DNA from: an uncultured delta proteobacterium
GTDB taxonomy: Bacteria; Myxococcota; Myxococcia; Myxococcales; Anaeromyxobacteraceae
Length of the DNA: 64,000 nt
Direction of reading: 5' to 3'
NCBI GenBank assembly: GCA_963814585.1
Contig: CAWFDF010000003.1
Coordinates: forward strand, 32,001-96,000
Positions 49,576 to 58,827 of this stretch are shown piece after piece. The position numbers and the translations under genes were made by a program. The notes under the pieces are model-generated. The model ran no database searches, had not been told where the DNA came from, and was given only the letters and a program-made list of their open reading frames with translations. Each line of letters begins with the position of its first letter. Within the stretch, counting starts at the first letter, position 1.

Positions 49576-49821
49576 TCACGGCGAGCACGGCAGGGGCGAC
49601 GTCGCCTGGGCCATGGCATCCGACCGGGTCGGCCTCGAGGCCTCCCGGGCCTCGGCGGCCCGCGCCGTCCGGGCCACGTCGAGCAGGAAGGCGCCGGAGA
49701 TCATGATCCAGGCGAGCAGCAGCGCCACGCCGCCCCGCGGGCCGCTCCGGAAAGCCCGCCTGGGCCGCTCGGCGCGCCGGGCCAGGTGCATCATGGGGTG
49801 CAAGAGGGTCGTTGCGTTCAT
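49576..49821 (-). CDS. small hypothetical membrane protein
   Basis: GGAGG RBS and one TM segment. Divergent from the LysR gene. Confidence 0.55.
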   Translation of the reverse strand: MNATTLLHPMMHLARRAERPRRAFRSGPRGGVALLLAWIMISGAFLLDVARTARAAEAREASRPTRSDAMAQATSPLPCSP

Positions 49822-49899
49822 GGCAGCCTCCAGGCCGGCCGCCTCGGACTCCCCGGACCCGTGCCGGTCGAGGCGGCTTCGGACAGGACAGGTGTAGCC

Positions 49900-50841
49900 A
49901 TGGCGACCGTCCAGCAGAAGGCGCAGCCTCGCACCGACCCCGTGCAGGAACGCGGCAGCCACCTCGACTGGGGGCACCTGCGGTTCTTCCTCGAGCTGGT
50001 GAGGACCGGGAGCCACGCGCGCGCCGCCCGCCGGCTGGGCGTGGATCGCAGCACGGTGGCGCGCCACGTGGCGGCCCTGGAGGCGGAGCTGGGGCTGGCG
50101 CTCTTCGAGCGCGGGCCGCAGGGCTGGAGCCGGACGCCGGCAGGCCAGGAGCTGGCCGGGCTGGCGCGCCGCGTGGAGGAGGACGTGCTGGCGCTGGCCC
50201 GCCACGTGGACGCCCGCGACCCGGCGCTGCGCGGCACGGTGCGGCTCACCACCGTGCCGCACCTGGCCACCCACCTGCTGGCGTCCTCGCTCCCGGCGCT
50301 GCGCCAGCGCCACCCCGACCTGCTGCTGGAGGTGGTCGCCGACGCCCGGGCCTTCGACCTGTCCCGGCGAGAGGCCGACCTGGCGCTGCGGATGGGACGG
50401 CCCCGCTCTCCAGGGCTGGTGGCGCGCCGGGTCTCCGAGCTGGCCTTCGCCTTCTACGCGGCGCCCTCCACGGAGGCCGGGGGCCGCGGCGCCGTGGACC
50501 TCCGCGCCGATCCCTTCCTGGGCGATGAGGCCGACCTGCTGCAGGAGCGCTGGCTGGCGAAGCTGGCGCCCGGGCTCCGCGTGGTCCACCGCTGCAACAG
50601 CACCACCGCGCTGCTGGCGGCGGCGCGGGCCGGCCTCGGCGTGGTCCTGCTCCCCTGCTACATCGGGGACGCCGAGCCGGCGCTGCGGCGGCTGGACGGC
50701 CCGAAGCCGGCTCCGCACGAGATCTGGCTGCTGGTGCACGGCGACCTGCGGCGCACGCCGCGAGTCCGGGCGGTCATCGAGTGGGTGGACGGGCTCGTGG
50801 AGCGCGCCCGCCCAGCGCTGCTGGGGCGGGCCACGAGCTAG
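49900..50841 (+). CDS. LysR-family transcriptional regulator
   Basis: HTH AARRLGVDRSTVAR...LE..LG..LF.R and DLSRREADLALR. Confidence 0.9.
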   Translation: MATVQQKAQPRTDPVQERGSHLDWGHLRFFLELVRTGSHARAARRLGVDRSTVARHVAALEAELGLALFERGPQGWSRTPAGQELAGLARRVEEDVLALARHVDARDPALRGTVRLTTVPHLATHLLASSLPALRQRHPDLLLEVVADARAFDLSRREADLALRMGRPRSPGLVARRVSELAFAFYAAPSTEAGGRGAVDLRADPFLGDEADLLQERWLAKLAPGLRVVHRCNSTTALLAAARAGLGVVLLPCYIGDAEPALRRLDGPKPAPHEIWLLVHGDLRRTPRVRAVIEWVDGLVERARPALLGRATS

Positions 50842-51920
50842 GCCGGGACCGGGACCGCCGGGACCGGGGCGCGGGCCGGGACGTGATCCGGAGCCTGGAC
50901 CGGGGCCGGTGCTGCTGCTGCGGGCGTCTCGAGCTCGAAGAGCATCTGCAGGGCGCGCCGGAGCTCCTGCTCGTTCTCCTTGAGGTACGCCGCCAGCCGG
51001 CCGTCCGAGAGTCCTTGCACCACCTCGGCGAACTGCAGCGCGAACCGGCGCGCGCCGGGCAGGGGCGCCGTGAGCAGGGAGAAGAGCGTGCCGGCCTGGC
51101 CGAACAGGCTGGCCAGCCGCCGGGTCTTCTCCAGGAGGCCGTGGCGTCCATCCATCGAGGCGTAGAGCTCGGTCAAGCTGGCGTGGCTGGCCAGCGTGCC
51201 CAGGAACTGGCGCAGCCGCGGGTGGCGATCGGCGCTGTTCAGCCAGGCCTGCTCCGGCGCGCTGGCCATGGCATCAAGCCGCTCGAAGAGCCGCCCCAGC
51301 TCGTCCCGGACGGCGCGCCAGTCGAGGCGCCCCTCCTCCCACGGCTCGTACACGTGGGTGACGATGGACTCGGCGGCCACCACGCCGCCCGCCAGGTCGA
51401 TGAGGTAGTGCTGCTTGGTGGTGAGCGTGGAGGCCGTGATCAGGCTGGCCCAGAGCATGAGCGCGTCGCTGCGCTGGCGCGGCAGGTGGTGCGACAGCGC
51501 CAGGGCCAGCAGGTAGGCGTGGCCGACGTGGACGCTGGGGAAGGTGTTGGACGGGGGATCGGCCTCGTGGAGGGTGTGCCAGGCCGCGTCGAGCCCCGGG
51601 TCCTCGTCGTGGATGGCCGCGCGCGGGTAGGCGGAGGGGAACTTCAGGAATGAGCGATAGGAGACCAGCGACTCGAGGGCCACGCAGCTCAGCAGGCGTC
51701 CCGTGCGCCGGACGCTCCCGCCGTGGAACGCGGCCAGGAAGCAGTACGGGAAGAAGGAGAGGTAGAGCCAGAGCGAGCGGGGGAGCGCCGGCAGGACCTT
51801 GTCGGCCGGCGTGAAGAGCGACACGTTGCGCAGCCTCGAGGCGACGCCGCTCACGGCGAGGTAGGCGAGCGTCTCGGCCTCGAAGAAGGCGACCAGCAGG
51901 AGCAGCAGCGGATAGGTCAT
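50838..51920 (-). CDS. PAP2-superfamily membrane phosphatase-like protein with a C-terminal extension
   Basis: YPR, NTFPSVH and STLTTKQHYLIDL motifs. Confidence 0.8.
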   Translation of the reverse strand: MTYPLLLLLVAFFEAETLAYLAVSGVASRLRNVSLFTPADKVLPALPRSLWLYLSFFPYCFLAAFHGGSVRRTGRLLSCVALESLVSYRSFLKFPSAYPRAAIHDEDPGLDAAWHTLHEADPPSNTFPSVHVGHAYLLALALSHHLPRQRSDALMLWASLITASTLTTKQHYLIDLAGGVVAAESIVTHVYEPWEEGRLDWRAVRDELGRLFERLDAMASAPEQAWLNSADRHPRLRQFLGTLASHASLTELYASMDGRHGLLEKTRRLASLFGQAGTLFSLLTAPLPGARRFALQFAEVVQGLSDGRLAAYLKENEQELRRALQMLFELETPAAAAPAPVQAPDHVPARAPVPAVPVPA

Positions 51921-52196
51921 GCGCGGCCCCCCCGGTCCGCGACACCGCAAGCCTACACGCGAACCCCATCCACCACCGCCGCGACAAGGTGTCCGGAGCC
52001 CAACTGGCCAGGGTCTCCCGGCTGGCGCGCCGGGTGGCGCGCCTCGGCGCCGTGACCGTGATCCGCTGCCCGCCATGGGCCGGCCGGGTGCGGTCGGACG
52101 CCGCCCCCCGCCATGGGCGGCGCCGCTCGCCGCACCACCCGCTCCTGCGCTCCCACCCCGCCCTGGATCGGCGCCTGGAGGTGAGCGGCGGACCTC

Positions 52197-53604
52197 CTAC
52201 AGCCGGAGGCGGTCCCCGGGACCGGGCACGTGGACGGCCGGGAAGCCGCGCTGCGTGAGCAGGTCGGCCAGCGCGCGCTGGGCGGGCGGCTCGCCGTGCA
52301 CCAGGACCACCTGCCGGAGCTGCCCCCGCCTCCGCACGGCCTCGGCGAACTCGACCAGGCCGGCCTGGTCGGCGTGGGCGGAGAAGCCGTCCAGCACCAC
52401 CACCTCGGCCCTCAGCGGGTGCATCAGGCCGAAGATGCGCACCTCGCTGCGCCGCTCCACCAGCCGGCGCCCGAGCGTGTGCTGGGCCTGGAAGCCGACG
52501 ATGAGGACGGTGTTCTTCTCGCTCTCGACGGCGGTGCGCAGGTGGTGGAGGATGCGCCCGGCCTCGCACATCCCGCTGGCGGAGATGACGATGCAGGGCT
52601 CCTGGCGGGCGTCGATGCCCTTCGACTGCGCCACGTCGGAGACGTACTCGAGCCCCTCGAAGTCGAAGGGCGAGTGGCCGCCCTGGAGCAGCTCGAAGGT
52701 CTCGCGGTCGTAGCAGTCGGGGTGGAGCTTGAAGACGTCGGTCAGCTTCACCGTCAGCGGCGAGTCCACGTAGACCGGCAGGGCCGGGATGCGGTTCGCC
52801 AGCCGCAGCCGCTTCAGCTCGTAGATGACCTCCTGGGCGCGCTCCAGCGCGAACGACGGGATGATCACCTTGCCGCCGCGGGCGTGGGTGCGCGTCACCG
52901 CCTCGGCGAGCGCGTCCGAGGTCTCGGCGAAGGGCCCGCGGACCCGGTCGCCGTAGGTGCTCTCGCTGATCAGGAAGTGCACGCCGTCCGGGACCTGCGG
53001 GTCCCGCAGGATGGGGAGGTGCGGCCGCCCCAGGTCGCCGGTGAAGACCAGCCGGGTGCGCGCTCCCCTGGTCCTCGATGTCGAGCACCACCACGGCGCT
53101 GCCCAGCACGTGCCCGGCGTCGAGGAAGGTCAGGATGACGCCCGGCGCCACCTCGTGGCGGCGCTGGTAGGGCACCGAGACGACCTGCCCGAGCAGCACC
53201 GCCACGTCGTCCTGCGTGTAGAGCGGCTCGACCGGCTCGAGATCGACCCGGTCGCGCTCGATGAGCCGCTGGATGTGCCGGGCGTCGGACTGCTGGATCC
53301 CGGCGGCGTCCTCCAGCATGGGGATGCACAGGTCGCGCGTCGCCGGCGTGGCGAAGACCGGGCCGCGGTAGCCCCGCCGGGAGAGGATCGGGAGGGCGCC
53401 GGAGTGGTCGATGTGGGCGTGGGACAGGACCACCGCGTCGAGGGCGTCGACGTCGACGGGCAGCGTCCTGTTCCGCTGCGTGGCCTCGCGGCGGTGCCCC
53501 TGGAAGAGCCCGCAGTCGAGCAGGACGGTGGCGCGGTCCGTCCGCAGCAGGTGCTTGGAGCCGGTGACGGTCTGGGCGGCGCCGATGAACTCGAGCTCGA
53601 TCAC
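52197..53604 (-). CDS. MBL-fold beta-CASP ribonuclease (frameshift at ~53060)
   Basis: SHAHIDH, DAGHVLG, TGDLG, ESTYG, SASGMCE.GRI.HH, FSAHAD and VHGE. Confidence 0.9.
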
Positions 53605-53744
53605 GGCGGCGCTCCCCTCGGGCCGGGGCGGTGGGCCGCCTCCTCCAGGTGCTCGGCCCGGATGCGCAGCGGGCGGGCCTCGTCGCCGTCGAGGCAGGCC
53701 TGGTCGTGGCAGGCGAGCCTTGGCTGGTCATCGCGGTCGGGCAT
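53601..53744 (-). pseudogene. N-terminal remnant resembling a LOG/TIGR00730-family protein
   Basis: LACHDQACLDGDEARPLRIRAEHLE resembles the LAY.D..FL...EARP.RI.AEYLEP N-terminus of this family. It is coupled by GTGA to the RNase gene. Confidence 0.45.
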
Positions 53745-53882
53745 GGCACAGGCTCCTCGCGCCAGGGTAGGTGCGGTCCCACCCGCGGACAAGCCGCGGC
53801 CGGGCCACGTGACCATTGGTCGCAGGCCCTGGAAGGACCCGTCACCTGGACCGGCGCCGCGACGGCATCGAGCCAACCCATC

Positions 53883-54650
53883 TCAGTCCCGCACCCCGGC
53901 GAGGAACGCCGCCACCGCCGCCAGGTACTCGCCGGCGTTCTCCGCCAGGATCGAGTTGTGGTCGCCCTCCTCGAAGACCAGCAGCCGGGCCGGGCCACCC
54001 GCCCAGCTGGCCAGCCGCTCGGCGTGGCTCACGTCGACGAGGCCGTCGTGGCGAGCGTGGAGGATGAGCACCGGCCCGCGGTAGCCACCGAGCTTGGCCC
54101 GGTGGTCGAGCCTCGCAGCCACCGCCCCCTCGAAGGCCGCCCGGTTCACGCCCAGCTCGCGCGGATCGACGCGCAGCGAGAGACGCTCCAGCGGGTCGGC
54201 GATGGCGCTCTCCAGGATCAGCCCGGCCACGCCCGGGTGGCGAGCCACCGCCTCGAGCGCGAAGAGCGAGCCGACCGACCGGCCGAAGACCACCAGGCGC
54301 CCGGGCGGCCCGGCGGCCCGCATCACCGCCGCCACGTCGTCGAGCATCCGCCCGAGCCGCGGCTCGCCGGTGGAGCCGCCGTAGCCGCGGTACTCGGCCA
54401 GGAGCAGGTCCCAGCCCATCCGGCCCACCGCCTCCTCGAACCCCTCCTGCCAGTCGGCCACCACCTCGCCGTTGCCGTGGAAGTGGACCACGGCGTGGCC
54501 GTCCGGATCGACGCGGTGGAGGGCGCAGGCCAGCACGGCGTCGCCCGCGTCGACGTCGAGCCGGGACCGCGGCGCGCCGGGGCGCGGGAAGAAGTAGCGC
54601 TCCGAGATGAGCGGGTGGTCGAGGAGGTCGACGCGGGGGACCGGGGGCAT
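53883..54650 (-). CDS. alpha/beta hydrolase
   Basis: FHGNGE, YRGYGGS, GRSVG and GDHN. Confidence 0.88.
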   Translation of the reverse strand: MPPVPRVDLLDHPLISERYFFPRPGAPRSRLDVDAGDAVLACALHRVDPDGHAVVHFHGNGEVVADWQEGFEEAVGRMGWDLLLAEYRGYGGSTGEPRLGRMLDDVAAVMRAAGPPGRLVVFGRSVGSLFALEAVARHPGVAGLILESAIADPLERLSLRVDPRELGVNRAAFEGAVAARLDHRAKLGGYRGPVLILHARHDGLVDVSHAERLASWAGGPARLLVFEEGDHNSILAENAGEYLAAVAAFLAGVRD

Positions 54651-54660
54651 CCGCTGGATA

Positions 54661-55908
54661 CTAGAACCTCCACCCCAGGCCGAGGTCGATGGCGTACTGC
54701 GACATGGAGGTCTCGTAGGCGGCCAGCCCCTGCCCGGCCGGGTTGGCGCCCGTGACGGTGACCTGGGGCGAGTACATGCCGCCGACGTTGACGGCCAGCG
54801 TCTCGGTGGCGTCCCAGCCCAGCCCCAGCGTGACGTGGCTCTCGGCCACGGCCGGGAAGGCGATGTTCTCGAAGGCGCGGCCGGGGTCGAGCGGGTTCTT
54901 GCCGTAGTCGAAGCCGGCGCGGACCTTGAGGGCCGGCGTGACCGCGAGCTCGGCGCCGATCTTGTAGACCACCTGATCGTCCCAGCTCATGTCGAAGGGC
55001 ATGGCGCCGGTGGCCGAGGTGTCGTTGGTGTAACCGGGCTCACCCTTCCCCATCACGTCGGACCAGTTGATCCACTGCACGTCGAAGGCCAGCAGCAGGG
55101 CCGGGATGGCGCGCCAGGCGACGCCCGCCGACGCGACGGCGGGCTGGTCGAAGGCGAGCGTGTCGGTCCCGCCGGGGAAGGGGAACGGGCCTCCCGGGGT
55201 CATGCCGGTGTGCGCCGGGATGGCGAACTCGAAGTCCTGGAAGTCGCTCCTGGTCTCGTAGGCGACGCCGAAGGTGAGGTCCTTGGTGGGGGTCACCTTG
55301 ACGCCGAGGGTGGCGCCGTAGCCGAAGGAGCTGGCCGCGTCGTGGGGGACCTGGCCGAAGCCGCTGGCGACGTCGTACTCCATCTGCGCCCAGCTGACGT
55401 TGAGCGTGGCGCCGACGGAGAGGAGATCGCTCGCCCGGTAGGCGATGGCCGGGGCGATCCGGAGGTTCTGGTAGGAGGTGAGGGTGACGCCGCTGTAGAG
55501 GCCCGCCGCGTAGTCGACGCCCATGCCGCCGACGCCGAAGGCGCCGACGCCGGCGGAGAAGCCGCTGCCGAGCGGGATGACCACGCCGAGGTTGGGGATG
55601 GGCGAGCCGCCACGATCCGAGGTGAAGGTGACGCCGTCGCTGGCGTAGCCCGGCGCGACGCCGGTGGCGGTGTACTCGACCGAGGGCTGGAACCAGGTGA
55701 TCGAGAGGTCGAGCCGGCGGCCCAGCTCCGGGATGCCGGCCGGGTTGGTCACGACCGAGCCGGCGTCGAGGGTGGCGCCGACGCCGACGCCGCCCATGCT
55801 GTTCTGCGTCGGGCTGAAGCCGATCATCCGCATGCCGTTGGTGGCGAGGGCGGGCGTCGCGGCGGCCGCGAGCAGGAGCGCCGCGAGGAAGCGAGGAAGC
55901 TGGTTCAT
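54661..55908 (-). CDS. OmpP1/FadL-family outer-membrane transporter
   Basis: Signal peptide, TNGM...MGGVG...NPAG plug motif and a terminal WRF. Confidence 0.88.
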   Translation of the reverse strand: MNQLPRFLAALLLAAAATPALATNGMRMIGFSPTQNSMGGVGVGATLDAGSVVTNPAGIPELGRRLDLSITWFQPSVEYTATGVAPGYASDGVTFTSDRGGSPIPNLGVVIPLGSGFSAGVGAFGVGGMGVDYAAGLYSGVTLTSYQNLRIAPAIAYRASDLLSVGATLNVSWAQMEYDVASGFGQVPHDAASSFGYGATLGVKVTPTKDLTFGVAYETRSDFQDFEFAIPAHTGMTPGGPFPFPGGTDTLAFDQPAVASAGVAWRAIPALLLAFDVQWINWSDVMGKGEPGYTNDTSATGAMPFDMSWDDQVVYKIGAELAVTPALKVRAGFDYGKNPLDPGRAFENIAFPAVAESHVTLGLGWDATETLAVNVGGMYSPQVTVTGANPAGQGLAAYETSMSQYAIDLGLGWRF

Positions 55909-55955
55909 GGTGGTCCCCTTCCGGGATGTGCGCGTGATACGGAGTCCAATCACCA

Positions 55956-55971
55956 AGCGCCATTCGTGCCG
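55956..55971 (-). promoter_or_regulatory. putative sigma54 promoter of the FadL-like gene
   Basis: The minus strand reads CGGCACGAATGGCGCT (GG-N10-GC), about 50 bp upstream of the ATG. Confidence 0.55.
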
Positions 55972-56127
55972 AACCCCGCAGGCTGGAAGATCGGGGGCTT
56001 GCGCGGTGCGCGTGGCACCGTGAGACGAGACGTCGCGTGCCAACGTCTCACGAGCGTGCGACGTCGGGGCCGGGCCGAACCCTCCGGCCGCCACCCGGGC
56101 TCTCTCCGGGTAACGGAGGAAGCACCC

Positions 56128-56322
56128 ATGACCAACGAAGGCACCATCGACCGCGCCGTCCGTATCGTCCTTGGCCTGGGGCTGCTGTCCCTGGTGTTCG
56201 TGGGGCCGCAGTCCACGCTCGGCTACATCGGCCTCGTCCCGCTGGCGACCGGCCTGATCGGCTTCTGCCCGCTCTACAAGGTGCTCGGCCTCAGCACGGC
56301 CGCCCCGCCGGCGAAGCGGTAG
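56128..56322 (+). CDS. DUF2892 (YgaP-like) membrane protein
   Basis: GGAGG RBS, NEGTIDRAVRI...TGLIGFCPLY. Confidence 0.9.
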   Translation: MTNEGTIDRAVRIVLGLGLLSLVFVGPQSTLGYIGLVPLATGLIGFCPLYKVLGLSTAAPPAKR

Positions 56323-56455
56323 CCGGGCGATCGGCCGCCTCGTCTCGCCGCGCCGGGCTCAGGCCCGGGCTGCCGCACCGGGCGCAGGCCACCGCCACCG
56401 CCCGGTAGGCCAGGTCCGCCCCGCACACCAGGCAGCCGCCGGAGTGATCGGTCAC
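56291..56455 (-). pseudogene. Cys-rich ORF, probably a truncated DUF5714-type N-terminus
   Basis: GTGA overlap with the rSAM stop. GCLVCGADLAY...CARCG is followed by loss of pattern and an overlap with the convergent DUF2892 gene. Confidence 0.45.
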
Positions 56456-58473
56456 GGCGCGTCGCCCAGCCCGTAGAAGCGGGCGCCGAGCCCGTACAGC
56501 TCCCGCACCGGACGGCAGTCGGTCTCCAGGGCCGACCCGGTCCGGTGCCAGGCCACCGCGCCGCAGCCGCCGCCGCACACCGGGGCCAGCTCGCACCCCT
56601 GGCAGCCCGCCATGGCCAGCGTGGTCCGGCCGCTCCAGCGGGCGATGGCCGGCTCGTCGCGGGACGCCTCCGGGAAGAAGGTGCCGAGCCGGTGGGCCGG
56701 GTGGCCCACGGTGGCGGTGCAGCCGAAGACGCCACCCTCGGGCGAGAAGGCCCACTCGGTCTTGGTGGCCGGGCAGGCGTCGAAGTTGGGCGGCGGCAGC
56801 TCGCCGGCCGTCGCCAGGTGGCCGAGGCCGTGGAAGCGGGGCGCGTGGAAGCGGCGCAGCTCGGGGTGGGCCTCGCAGAGCTCGAGGTAGCGGGCCCAGA
56901 GCTCCACCCGGTCGAAGAGGGCGTCGCGGTCCTGCCGGCTGGCGCACCCGAAGAGCTCGTAGTTCCGCCCGATCTGCGTCTTGAAGCGGGAGGCGGGCTG
57001 GTCGAGCCAGCCGCGCGCCGCCGCGAACGACGCCAGCTCCGGCAGCCGCGGCAGGTTCTCCTTGTCGGCCACCACCCGCAGGTTGACCGGGACGCCCGCC
57101 GCGATGAGCGCGTCCACCCCGGCCACGATCCGGTCGAAGCTGCCCGAGCCGTCCTTGTGGGGGCGGCGGGCGTCGTGGAGCCGGCGCGGCCCGTCCAGCG
57201 TCACCTGGACCTCCTTGACCGGGCCGGCGGCCAGCGTGGGGACGAAGGCGGCCAGGTCGTGGCCGTTGGTGACCACCGCCACCTTCATGCCTCGCGCCCG
57301 CGCGCCGTCGAGGAAGCGGCCGATCCGATCGTGGTGGGCCGGCGTGTCGCGCAGCGGCTCGCCGCCGAAGAGGGTCAGGTAGGGCGTGAGCGGGCCACCG
57401 AGGTGGTGCCGATCGACCCAGGCGAAGAGGGCGTCGATGGCCTCGGGCGCCATCAGGCCGGCGCCGGCCGGGTCGAAGAGCTCCTGGTAGCAGTAGGTGC
57501 AGGCCAGGTTGCAGCCGAAGGTCGGCACCACGACGAGCTGCGTCTGGGTCAGCGCCGCCTCGGCACGCCAGGCGGCGACCGCGCCGTCGAGGAGGGCCTG
57601 GTCGGCGGCGGGCGTGTCCACCACGAAGCCGGCCTGGCGCAGGGTGGCCTCCGGCAGCGCGGCGGGGAGCGGCCCGGGGAGCGCGCGCAGGGCCTGGGCG
57701 TCCGCCCGCGAGAGCAGCGCGGCCTGGCCCGAGAGCGGCTGCACCAGCAGGACCTGGTCGCGCCCCGGGACGTCGGCGAGGATGGCGTGTCGGGAGAGGC
57801 GCATCTGGGCTTCCTCGGCGCGGCGCGGGGCGCGCGCCTCCAGGGTGAGGCTGAGAACGCGGACGCCGCCCTTCTCGTAGGGGGCGCTCCGCCCGAGGAC
57901 GCGCACGTCGGTGAGGCCGGCGCCGGACACCGCCGCCAGGTACTCGGCCTCGGTGACGGCGCCGCCGTAGCAGGCGGCCCAGGCGGCCGGATCGGACCGC
58001 ACCGCCTCGGGCAGGACCGCCTCGGAGACGACGTCCGAGACCACCACCCGCCCTCCGGCCGCGAGCAGGCGGGCCACCTCGCGGTAGACGGCCGCCTTGT
58101 CGGGCGCGTGGTTGATGGCGCAGTTGGAGACCACCACGTCGGCGCAGCCCGCCGGCAGCGGCACGGCGGCGAGGTCGCCCTGCACCACCGTGGCGCTCGC
58201 CAGTCCGGCGGTCCGCTGGCGCGCCGCCTCCACCATCCGCGGCGTGGCGTCGACGCCGGTGACGCGCCCGGCCGGCCCGACCAGCGCCGCGGCGCGGACC
58301 AGGTCCCCGCCCCGCCCGCAGCCGAGGTCGACCAGCCGCTCGCCCGGGCGCGGCGCCGCCAGCTCGAGCGCCCCGCCGCAGGAGAGCGAGCCGGCCTCGC
58401 CCGCCAGCGCACCGTACCGGGCGGCCACGGCCTGGCCGATCGGAGTCGTGCTGGCGTCGTCTCGGGTCGGCAT
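56452..58473 (-). CDS. ArsM-like SAM methyltransferase (58473-57805) in frame with a radical SAM/SPASM enzyme (57804-56452)
   Basis: Methyltransferase motifs SLSCG, DLGCGRG, SNCAINH.PDK and WAACYGGA. rSAM motif CNLACTYC and FGGEP. SPASM CQGCELAPVCGGGC. There is no stop between the two parts. Confidence 0.85.
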   Translation of the reverse strand: MPTRDDASTTPIGQAVAARYGALAGEAGSLSCGGALELAAPRPGERLVDLGCGRGGDLVRAAALVGPAGRVTGVDATPRMVEAARQRTAGLASATVVQGDLAAVPLPAGCADVVVSNCAINHAPDKAAVYREVARLLAAGGRVVVSDVVSEAVLPEAVRSDPAAWAACYGGAVTEAEYLAAVSGAGLTDVRVLGRSAPYEKGGVRVLSLTLEARAPRRAEEAQMRLSRHAILADVPGRDQVLLVQPLSGQAALLSRADAQALRALPGPLPAALPEATLRQAGFVVDTPAADQALLDGAVAAWRAEAALTQTQLVVVPTFGCNLACTYCYQELFDPAGAGLMAPEAIDALFAWVDRHHLGGPLTPYLTLFGGEPLRDTPAHHDRIGRFLDGARARGMKVAVVTNGHDLAAFVPTLAAGPVKEVQVTLDGPRRLHDARRPHKDGSGSFDRIVAGVDALIAAGVPVNLRVVADKENLPRLPELASFAAARGWLDQPASRFKTQIGRNYELFGCASRQDRDALFDRVELWARYLELCEAHPELRRFHAPRFHGLGHLATAGELPPPNFDACPATKTEWAFSPEGGVFGCTATVGHPAHRLGTFFPEASRDEPAIARWSGRTTLAMAGCQGCELAPVCGGGCGAVAWHRTGSALETDCRPVRELYGLGARFYGLGDAP

Positions 58474-58592
58474 GGGGGCCCCTGTTGGAGCCACGGCACG
58501 GGCCCCAGGATTCCGAAGATCGACCCGCCGGGGCCCCACGGCAAGCCGAACCGCGCCGCCGCGGCCGGGCTCACAGGAGCAGGAGGTCCCCC

Positions 58593-58802
58593 GTGAACCG
58601 GCTCATGCTCGAACACTGCAGCTGCGAGGAGATCGGGGACCGGCTCTCGGAGTACCTCGACGAGGAGCTGGGGGCCGTGGACCGGGCCCGGGTGACGCTG
58701 CACCTGACCGCCTGCCGGCGCTGCGCCGCGGCGGCGGCCAGCCTGGCCGCGACCATCCGGGCGGTCCACCGCCGGGCGGGCTGGATCGGCCGCCGCCACT
58801 GA
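58593..58802 (+). CDS. small zinc-finger (zf-HC2/ZAS) anti-sigma-like protein
   Basis: AGGAGG RBS, CEE...LSEYLDEEL...HLTACRRC. Confidence 0.8.
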   Translation: MNRLMLEHCSCEEIGDRLSEYLDEELGAVDRARVTLHLTACRRCAAAAASLAATIRAVHRRAGWIGRRH

Positions 58803-58827
58803 CGGCGCCGGGGGCGTGGAGGTCTCC

